Assembly: GCF_964355755.1 (NCBI RefSeq)
Contig: NC_092674.1
Coordinates: 22,506,001-22,570,000 of the forward strand
DNA length: 64,000 bases
Direction: 5' to 3'
Source: Antedon mediterranea
Taxonomy: Eukaryota > Animalia > Echinodermata
The stretch's first letter is position 1; every line of letters begins with the position of its first letter. Positions 25,201-37,200 of the stretch are shown piece by piece. The notes under the pieces were generated by a model. That model was not told the origin of the DNA, did no database searches, and worked only from the letters and a program-made list of their open reading frames with translations. The position numbers and the translations under genes were made by a program.

Positions 25201-28200
25201 CGAGGGCAATATACCACTGATATTAACCAATTAGATGCTGTGAATTAAAAAGTGCTGGTAAATGATGTTGAATATAATTAGGTAAAACTAAATTATAAAA
25301 TAGTATGCTCTTTGTTGTTTGTGTGTTGATCAATTAATTGTATTTCTTCGAACACTAGAAAAAAGTTCTGTAACCATTTTTCAAATTCTGTGAAAAAAAA
25401 TGTGCAAGTTGAACTGGGTTGATTTAACATCAACAGAATATCCATCGTTGCTCACTACATGGTTAAGGTACAGATGAAAATTGCCAGTCTGCATCTAACT
25501 TATTAGTGATTGCAGTGATGATATAGAAAACTAGATTTAACATCCTGGAAAACAGAAGAAACACTTACTGTATAATAGTAATTCTCATAAAAACAGCCAC
25601 ATTCATCTTCAGGAACACATTCGCCATCACTGAGAATATAGTTTTCATCACATTCACAAGTATCTATGCATGGCAGGTCACAAAACTCTGGGGTCGACAC
25701 TGAGAGAGGGCAAGATTCAGCCAAACACGGGTCAGAGCAAGATCCTGGGTAATTAGAATTACTTCCACATTGTAAATCTGAAAAAGAATTCAAAAGTGTA
25801 TCAGATGATATTAAAAAGAATGTTTCAATGTTAGTGGAACCACCTGTGATTTGCTGTATTGGTGGACATAGATGTTAGACAACATCCACACACACTTCTC
25901 TCCTAAGGGTCTTCATATCTTTTTAATGGCTATAAACAGTGCCTATTCCACAGTCCATAACAGGGGCTGAGACAAACCACAATACTGTAGTAAACACCTA
26001 TCTTTCCTTTATTGAGGGTGTTCCAACTTTTGTGTGTTGGTTTCATAGTCTAATATCCGATACACAAACCTATCGAAGTAACAAATTCTTGCATACATAC
26101 ATCCACTTTATCGTCGTTAGACATAGCACAATCCCTACTGCGTGCCAATCATTCCTATCATAGTCCGGGTGTGTCTAAAGCTTTCACATGCAATTTAGTC
26201 ATGTGAGGTAAGGTAACATGATGTCCGTGTACAAACTTATAAGGAGAAAAAGTGATGACGTCACGTTTCCGACTGCGCTGGGTACAAACAAAGTTTGGTC
26301 GGCCATCTTGTCCTATTCTAACACATTGATTTAACACTGCTTTTTCGTACATCCCGATAAATTTCGTTTTTACATAATTTAGAGTTGTTTAGCTTGCTTT
26401 ATTTTACTACGTTACTACTGTTGAATATTTTGCTGATAATATTTGTAAGTTCACTTTCAGTTTATAATCGCAATGTTAAAAAGTATCAATATAATCTTTA
26501 CAGGCCCCATTGCTCTAACACAATTCTATTATAATATTGTTTATACTACTTTTGTCATAAAGATTATTAAACATTTCAGGGCTTTATCCTTAACCTCCTA
26601 TTGAAATTGTATCAGTTCATAATATGAATTGATACTTATTTTGGCAATAAAAAGTGACTGAAAATAATTGGAGGTGGTGTGGTTAGTACCTGAATTTTAA
26701 AACTCAATAAAATATATTACCACATCCTGTTGCGCTTCTCCAGTCATCAACTTCAAAACTGTATGTATTGCAGGTAAGGACGAACGCTTCAATAGTACTA
26801 CAGACAATGTAATGACTGTCCATACTTTGATTTGCAAGGCATATTTCAAAAGCACAGAGTTCAATAAAGAAATCCTGAAATTCACAATCAGTATCTAAAA
26901 AAATTAAAAGTAAATTATAGTGGCTTATCGTATAATGATAAAATTAAAAAACTTTTCTTTTCCTTACGAACAAGAATGCAATTGATGTTGACTTCATCCA
27001 TTTATGTGCTCCTGCGAAAGCTCTCTAACGTTCTAAAAAATGAGGACGGTTACAAGTAGAGATATTCCAAACTGTTCAATTGCCATGATTCAAAAGGCAT
27101 CAAAATAAACAAATTACAACCTTATTCTGCACACATCTATATAGCCTTGAAGAAACAACCATATAATGTATCGATACAAAAGTGAATAAATACTATTTTA
27201 AAAAACGTAATAGACTTGCCTAATGTTGATATGATATCGCATACTGTGGTATTTTTGTCACAGTCAGAAATATCAATTTCTTTGGTACAATTACTTTCAT
27301 CCAGAAAACTTGTATATGTATCCTAAAAAAAATGTGAAAGGTTATTTTAAATTTGTTATAATAAAAATAACAAAATTATACATCACATAGAAGCATATAA
27401 ATGGATGTTATTGAGACTTCCAGTCAAAAGTGACAGCCAAAAAAAGCATTGTTTAACTATGTATGAGAAAAAAAAAAAATTTGACTGGGATTTTATAAGG
27501 ACATGGTTTAACATACAGCCTTCGGCAGTGATCTGGGTACTACACGTATATCCAGAGACTTTGTCTCGAAATAGTTTCCAGGTCACCTTGGGCTATATTT
27601 TGAACCAGGTCCCTTAATACTACACTGAAACCAGATGAAATTATATCATTAAAGTAAAACACTAAACTTACATTGCCATGGCATAAACCACATCCACTAT
27701 CCCTTTCATTGTCGTCAACATTAATGATAAGGTTACCATCTTTACTGAGTACTACCACCAAGCTGAAGTCAGTATACAAAATCTACAAAACAATGAAACT
27801 TATATATAAATACAGTAGATTTTTACAACCATCAGTAATCAGTCCCCAACACTATGCCCATGCAAGAGCAAATAGCTGCCATTTTCATTTCCATTGAATA
27901 AGCTCTTTGATTCGCATGAGTGCTCATGAATGTTTCATAATGCATTTCCTAAGCTTCGATTGGTTATGCAAATTTTACAAGATTTTATCAACAGTTTATC
28001 TATAAGGTGATTGACAGCAGTCTACTTACCAAGTTCACACCATCATTAATAATTTGTAAACCATCAACAGGAGATGCTGGAGTTGAATACGAGATATTGT
28101 TTATACTTAACTCCAAATTACGGCGGTAAAATGTTATTGTCTAAAAGGAAACAAAATTAACCAATATGAGACATGCATTTACCAATAACTTTAAACAATA

Positions 28201-31200
28201 AAAAAATCTTTAAAAATAAAATTAGACTGAGCTGATTTGAGTAGCTTCCCAAACTCCTCGCTGTTTATATGAGAGCAGTAGAGTAGTTCTGTGTTTGTGA
28301 GTGACCAGTTAAATATATTAGAGTAACTATCAACTGTTTCACTTAAGCTCTGTCTACACTATAAAACTTTATGTGACAAAATGTGATGTGCTCATATATG
28401 GACATGATGATGTCATATCACTACCATATTTGGGCATATCACTACCATGTTTGGGCACATCACACTGTTTTGGTCAAACTAGTTTGATAGTGTAGACAGA
28501 GCTTTAAAATGTATCAGGTGCTCTGCATGTTGTTTTTTAGTTTCGTATTGTAAAATCAACCCTGTGTACAGTAGTGGAGCTGAGCTTGGTAGATAACATG
28601 CTTCCTTTCAATCCCAAGGTCCAGGGTTTAATCTTGACCTTAGTGTCAGGGTTGTAACTTTAACTTCTTTATACTCCAATACCTAAACCTCAAATGTGAC
28701 TTGTTATAATGATGATAAATTATTGAACTTTAAACTTGTATCCATCCTGTAAATAGTGAGTTTATATTGTGCATTTGTACCAGATACATATTTTTATTTA
28801 ACATATTTATAGTAAATCTTCTATGTTAACTCACCATTTCAAACACCTCAATTATAACACTGGATAGATACACAGGCTCGTCATTTTCTATTTCGTTTAC
28901 AGCAGTCACTTTGTAAGTGTTGTTAGTAGAATTCCATGGACAATTAGTATCAAGCAATGTAACCGGACATGGACTTTGAAGAAGAAAGTCCATTCCATCA
29001 AATGATTTCACGGTTTGAATAGATTGGCCAAAAACAAGACATGCTGGACGTACTGTAGATAAAAACCAATTGTAAAATGATTGTGATTAATAATCAATAA
29101 ACAATAATAATGGAAATAAAATGTCATGTTTTATCATGAACGTTAAGCCAGCCGTTAAATGGTGTGCAACATGGCTCATGTGCAGTACTCTTTGAAAAGA
29201 AATCGTCTCCAAATATACTGCCTCATTCAACACCAGAATGAACACCAACTGAAACAAGTCTAAGGATTCAATGGGTTATCCTTGGTGTACAAAACCAACA
29301 AAGCTATTGCCATTGGTCGATTAAATCTAACAATGGCTCCACTTCTTCTGAATTCTAAACCCCTCATAAAAATCCTAGTAAATTACAGGCCTGCACAAAC
29401 AGTGAACAAGTCAGGCTTAGGTAGTGGAACTTTAACATCAGTTACAAACCTGTTTCACACGTCTCTCCTGTCCAATAGAATGCGCAATCACATTCAAACT
29501 CTGTGCCATCGTCAGAACATTCACCCCCATTCAAACAAGGGTTGCTCGCACAAGGACTAGATGAATCTAAACAGATAGAAATGTTTTTTTAAATGTCCAT
29601 CTCCTCAACAACTGTAATGCCTGAAATGCACTTGTCAATTTTATCATGCACTATTACAACCCCCGGGAGAGGTGCATCATTTTTATTGCCCTACTCAGAT
29701 GTAATTGTACCAAATACATTTGAAAATATTAGAGGAAATGTGCAACCAGTTCCGGCCCGCCATCCTGACCTTAATATTTGTTTATGTTTAAATCATATGT
29801 GTATTCAGTGCATGACAGACAAACACATGGCATACACGCATACGGGATATCTCTTTATATTGAAATATCATTGTAAAAAAATGATTTCTTGTATAAACTA
29901 ATCCGAAATAAAAAAGATGAATGAAAATAGATGAAAATAAAATACTGTATATAATATAATATGAAGAATAAAATTCTAAAATCAACTCTCTTCGACATTT
30001 GACTCACTTAAGAATGTAAAGGTCCAATACTCAGGATCATCAATGCCAACAAACGGCCGAAGCAGGTTTACTACTGCTCCTTCGTCAAAAAGAATATAAA
30101 AGCTTTCAGTAGTGAACGTTGATCCTGCCACTGAAAACTCTAAAGTATCTGAATCAAATGTTGCCATATCTGTATTAGACGTATCTATTGCCAAAAACTC
30201 TTCGTTCATTTCGTTATAAAAACGAATATATATGGATGAACCAGGTCTCTCAATCTAAAATAATAATAATTTCAAGTAATAAAATCAATAATTAAACAAT
30301 TAACAAAAACAAAATATTGCTTTATTGGGCAAAGGTAGATCGAAATAGGTTAAAACCGATTAGGCGTGGTACTCAAAAATAAAATCAGAACATACAAATA
30401 ATCCGGAAAATAAAATGAAAATTGACAAGATGATAAGGAAGAGGCTTTTGTGATGAATATGGATTAATTGACATTGTCATTAGCGACAGACGTCTGCCAA
30501 CATACAACTTAACGTCTAAACTCTACGTCTAAAAAAGTAAAGTCTAAAAAGTCCAATCTGAATGTGCGATGTGCAAGGTCACAACACACAACCTTCACCA
30601 TGCAAGTCGAAAACATTTTTCAACGTCACGGTTAAATGTTGGTAAAACCGTATGATAAAACTAACTGCGTGAATGTATCCAAGTGCAAACAATGGTCAAA
30701 GTTACTGATGACCTTGGATAAAGTTACCTTGGTTTTTTAAGTACTGTGCAAACAAGGCTTAACATTAGAAACAAGGAAATTGGGATTCTATAAACAAACC
30801 TGAGCATCAAACTGCACAGTAAAATTGTAGTATTCCAGGCTATCTAGTAGAAATTGTGATTCACTTGCAGGATCTAATGATGTTATTCCCAACGGTGAGA
30901 CTGAAAAATATTTTTTGATTGAAAATTAGTTTCCTCATTATTAAATAATATGCAAATAATAAGTGCTTACGAGTTCAATGGTACAAATCATTTCATGAGA
31001 ATAGAATAATCCTGAAATGATACATACCTCCCGTGAATAGAGTTAAGCAACGTATTTCAGAGGTAAGTCTGTGAAATAGCAAAAGAACACAATAAAAGAA
31101 CATATTTAAAGAATCACATAGAAATGAAACCACTCAGAAACTGAGTGAAGTACTTGGCAAAATATATCAGAAAAACTATTTTCGGAGAGAAAGGGTTCAC

Positions 31201-34200
31201 TAGTTGGTATTTTGGCCCTATGTTAAAAGAATACAGAGTGCATGCTATTACATATTTCAGCTCATATTATTGACATCAAGAATGAATTAATTTTCCTGGA
31301 AATCAATAGGCATGTTCTGTAAGTACAGTATAATATGCCTATTAACATTCTGGAGGATAACTTAGAGAATTGTGCATTGCATAATTCTATTGATTAAAAA
31401 TTAACTATAACATAAACTTGTTAAAAGCTTCAATCAACTATATTATATAATGTAGGTGGACATTAATGCACTCAGTGTGGTTGTATTATTTAAAATCCAT
31501 AAGTTACCCATAATCATCTTCTGCTGTAAAGCAAAAGATCTCTGCATCGGTACTTGAGGAAGTAGGTGTATATGTCACTGTTACAGAAGCAACTTGGCTG
31601 TCATCAGGATCAGCTATGAGATCGGATTTGAATAAGTTTGCTGGAGATGATGTATCTATCTCTACAATTCTGAAATATCAAAGAAAATTAATTGTATATT
31701 TTAGTTTTAAAACTGATTTTCTCAAAGCAACATTCAAATATAATAATATCTCACATTTTTGGTTGATAGCCATGCACATTACTAAGATGAATCTTTATCG
31801 CATGTTTATGCTAATTTTAAGTTTTTTAATAAAATATATAATAATATATTAGAAATTATAAAACTTTCGTTGTTGAAATATTTGTAATGTAAGTTTGGAC
31901 AAGTTAGAAATTTTACTATTGCATCTGTTTAGATCATAGCCAACTGCTTTTAGTTGTCCCTCACCAATGTGTGCTCTAGAGGCGAGGTCAGGTATAAAAC
32001 CAGCGGCTTAACGGCTATGAGCGCTCACTGGCTAAACCCACGGCCCCAGAGCTTAAAGGTCCCCAAAGCACGAGCAGTCCAATGCAACTGCCCAGCGTTG
32101 GAGGGCCCCTTTCGAGTGCTAAACCTGTTGTTTCGCCACTGTATAAACCGTACAATTTTACTAGGAGTTTATTTTGATAGAATAAAGTTCATCATATACC
32201 CAGCTGAAGCAGCATTTTGGTTGAAAATACATTGATATAATAAAGCTACTTTGCATGTCTAAGCAGCTAGTGTGTCTGTACAAATATTTCAGTCTAGAAT
32301 TTACTATTTTGATAACAAAAATAACATATACAGTACTTCATTTCAAATACAGTTTTTCAAACCAAGGTACTTAATGGAATCATGAATAAATAAGAATGGT
32401 CTGATCATTAAAACTATTTTAAAATTCGGTTTCTTCTAGAGCCAAAAAAATGCACTTTGTGTTTTTTATGAGTGCATGGACAACTTAGTTTCATACCATA
32501 AATGAATAAATCAGAACCAGAAATAGAAATAACGTTTTATAAATTGTTATATTTATATTATTTCAATGTGTATAAAACAGACTTACACAGCACCAGTGGC
32601 TGTACTTCTCGCAGTTATGGTCAAGTTTAAGGTGCCGTCGGAAGTAATGCCATATTCAGCTCCCGATTCTGGTGTGCCATCAACAAACGTTGGCTTAAGA
32701 TCACAGCTATCAACTGAAGTTGATTCAAAAGGCCGAATTATAAACTGCAGCGGAACTTTACTCAAAGCAACATTGCTGCCTGGTTCAAAATCTTCAAGCA
32801 TCAGTGTCACAGCAAACTGGCGGTTAACAGCGGATGGTGGTGTCATTGTCAGGACACAATCCTGTTTCACAAAAATAGAATTGTAAATGTATAACATTCA
32901 ATTTATTTCCATATACACCACCATCATATACGTGTCCGTGGAGGATGCATTTTCTTAAAGTTCTGTGCTACCCAGAGCACAGATCTTTAAGCTAATATGC
33001 ACCCTTGAACAAATAATATTACATTGACAACAAAAAAAGCAATAAATAAAAAAAACTTTTATATAATTAAGTTTGATAATAAAAGCAGTATACAAATTCA
33101 CAAATTCAATGCCGGATAGATCCCATTCAAATCCATCCTCAACACTTTTTTTTTTTACAATAAAATAAGCTTTACCCTATATGTCGCTATGGATGATAAA
33201 TACAAGTAATAAATAAATGTTTGACCGACAGTGACCTCCTAACTCCAAACAACAAAGATGTTTAGAGTCAGTACCTTTTACATTGAGTCTCTGATGAGTT
33301 CCAGAGTTTGAGACACCCTGTTGTTTTGAACTTTTAGAGTTGATTGTTTTTAATTTGCACCAAACAAAATACCGGTATTGATGCCCCAAGTGTGTACAAA
33401 CTCCGGAGTTTGGCCAGGTGATATGGAAGGAGTATAATATAAGTACTGTATACTCACAGAAGATATTGTTGCATCTGTAAGGCTGCTACAAACACCTCCA
33501 CATTCTTCCACTCCAGTAGCCCTTCTACACTGCACATTATCTCCATCAGCATCATAATCTGTAATTATTAATTAGTTTAAATATTGCAACTACCTATTAT
33601 AATAATAATACATTCAATAAAATAAATAATACTTTTATTTAGGTAGTTTAACCCTTTATTTTGTCTATATAAGTGAAATCATTATTTTTTTTTTCCATTT
33701 TTTCTTTTTTTTTTATTCTGACCACCTGTCCTTGTTTTATAATAATAAATAAATAAAATATGAAACACTTACATGGAATTTGGATTTCACTCTCACAGCC
33801 CTCTCTAAGTTTTACTAATGCAATCATTGCGGTCTTAGGTGAGGAGTTGATAGTATTGTTTGCATTTACCGACAAATCCATGGTAAATACGGCACTAGCA
33901 AACCTGTCTTCGGAACCAATATCCGTTGGCCAAGCAGCACTGATTTCCACCCTGTATACAATTAATTTATGATTTATGCATTACTTTGAAGCCTAATTTC
34001 CAATTGCGAATATATTCACACGAAACAAACTTTCCTGAGTTATGATTGGTTGCGGATTTTTCCATGTCACAAAAAGTAGATGAAAATATTAATACACATA
34101 CACATTAGTGAACATTTTTGATTTGCGCAAATAAATTCGCCTAGAGGAAACACCGGAAAGACAACATCAAAGTATGGACCAAACTGACTCACATTAAGAT

Positions 34201-37200
34201 ACTAAGGATGGCGAAGGACAGGGAGGAGAGTTGTTGAAAAGCCTCCAAACGACTAAGGAACAGGACAGTAAAAAACTGGCTTGAAGCCAGTCAATGATAG
34301 TACATATAAATGAATGAACGTTTGTTAGTGGAGGAATTGAGAACATATCTTTATCCCTTGAATTCCACACCTACTATTCTAAAGTATTCTTTTGCACAAT
34401 TATTTTGTTGTTTCTTAAATAGATTGTTGATGACTAGGACCATTAAAATATCTCAAGGGTATTTATTAAAAAATAAGAAATTATGACCTGTTTGTCAGAG
34501 AAAGTGTATACTGATTTTGTTATGCTATATAATGAGAACAAAATATAAATTTAATTTATATATTTTTGCACTTTCATTAAATATAAATTGAATTTATCTA
34601 ATGTTTTACACATTGTCGATATAACTATGCTATGCTTCAGTGTTGAATGTTTAAAGAGAGAATAAAATAAACACATGGAAAAAAAGTCTGCTTACCCGTA
34701 AGTAAAAACGTCATTGATAGGAAAGGACTGAATGACAGAGCCTTGACCAGACATCCAAGCATTGTCTATGTTAACATCGGTACACACTTGGTTAGTTCTT
34801 CCAAGATCAACAGGACATGTTTCTTCACCAATACAATTTATAGGTCTTCCTGTTATTAATGTACCTGCCTCAATTACTGCATTAGTACATGTACCTCCCT
34901 CATTTGTTACTCTAGACCAACCCAGTCTGTACTGGACCTCTACCTATATAAAAAAAAACAGCAAAGTACAATATTAAATTCATATCCTCAATAAACACAT
35001 TGCAGATTGCTTAGTTCTGTACCTTCATGCCCCGTCCTTGTTGATGATATAAATTCTTGATTAATTTATATTTCATATAAAATATAATATTAATATAATA
35101 TGATTTAATTTGTTTTAATACTTTTTTCTTCTGTTTTCTCTATTATAACATGAAAAATGTGTTGCACTCAAAATACATAAAATTATGAATGAATGAATGA
35201 ATAGGTATGGCATTAGACTTTGTCCACCACGTAATATGCGATGTCTTTTTAGAAATTCTTTTGTGCCAAACTCTATTCATATTTTTAACACTGGTGTCTC
35301 TAGAATGTAATTTGTAACTATACATTTTTAACCTTTAATATGATTTTTAATCTTTACTGTTTTATGCTTTTACATTATTTGTCATTTTTAGTTCATTTTA
35401 TACAGTATTTGTATATTTTAATCAGATTTACTGACAACCGTCATTTCTTTGTTTTTCAAAGACACATACAATTTCTTGTATCTTGTATACCTTTAAATTT
35501 AAGTCTCCCAAAAGTCAATAAGCAAAAGCATTTTTCTTTTTAGTTTTTCTTAAGATTAATTATGTATATTTGAGAAAGAAAAAAAAAAGATTATTATTTA
35601 TAGGATTTCAATTCAAATTGTGCCCAGATTGCGTAAAATCTTTCAAATCATGCATTTACAGTTTTTAAATTAGTATGTTTCCAATAACTAATATATGATT
35701 TCTAGTATTCACTTTAATTAACAGGCAGTAGGTCTACTGTGGTTTTAGACCGTCCTCTAGCACTCATAGAGATAATATAGTATACTAAATATCTCTATTG
35801 GGTAGTAGTAGTCTAGACTTCTGACACAAACGGGTTCAACGAATTACTCCATTTGATCACCGCACTGAACCCCAATGAACCACATCGAATGAATAAATGA
35901 ATGAATAGCCCCTAGGCCTAGTGACGAATTATCCTAATAAATGAACCACATCAGACCATACCATAGCCTCAAGTAAGTTTTAGTATACCTGTAGGCCTAG
36001 GCTAGTATGATAATTAAATTATATATAAATTAAGAAACATTCACCAGCTAGCTGCTGACAGTCAAATTCGTCGGACCGCCAACACCTGCCTGTGGGTGGC
36101 GCTAGCCTAACTCTAGGCCTAGCCTACCCCGAGCGAGGCTAGGCCTAGGCTAGTCTACTAACTAAAGGCCCTAGCTAGCTATATATGGCTAGAGGCTAGG
36201 CCTAGGCCTAGGCCTAGTGGTGGGCCTAGGCAGGCCTAGGCCTAGGCCTAGTTAGTAGAGGCCCAGCTAAGTAGGCCTAGCCTATCCTAATCATTTGACC
36301 TCAACTCAAAGACCCAGCCTCGGACGGCACAAAACAATAAAAGATGAACACAAATGCAATGATCTCTATTACAATTAACGGATGGTATCATGATTGACCA
36401 AATAAACATGTTATTAGGCCTAGCCTCCTATCTGATCACATAATTGTTTAAGCACGCCGCCTAAAAAAAACAAAACAATTACGTCACCAGTAGATAGAGT
36501 CTAACTGACTATCGCAAGTCATCTAGAAACGAGTGTTGTGTATGAATGCCCAATAATTATTATCAATCATTAAATTATTGTTTTAAACAACATTACACAT
36601 TATTTTTATTTTGAATTAGAATGACTGCATTTTCCACCTTGCAAAACATGACTAGGTTTGCGTAAAAAATTAAGCAGGTAGGCCTTGTATATGTTGTGGC
36701 ACAAATTATTGTATTATTATGGTACGTAGGGCCTACTTTTTCAGTTCTTAACAAATATTTATCACTTGAGATGTCATTATCAATATTTGTTTCCCTTCTC
36801 ATATGGTTCTTAGATTTTTCTTTCTTTTTTGAAAATAAAAATCGGCCAGGGTAAAGCATACCATGATATCAAATGTTTTAGGCTTTCTGGTAAAGTTAGA
36901 AGAACAAATTAAATATTTTCGGAAAAAAATAAATTACAAACGTTATGATGTTTTTCGTTTTTGTTACTTCTACCGAAGTGATTAACTTTATTAAAACTAC
37001 AAAATAACATATTCAAAGTCTTATTTAATTAATATTTTTTCATGTTTTTGGGGGACAATACTGTACATCTTTAAGAAAATAAAATATCGTATAATTAATT
37101 TTAAGCAATATTATAAAAAAGGTTAGTTTACATATTGTAAACGCCGCAGCCACGGTGAATTATAATTTAGTTCATAATATCAGAACAACAAAAGGATAAT

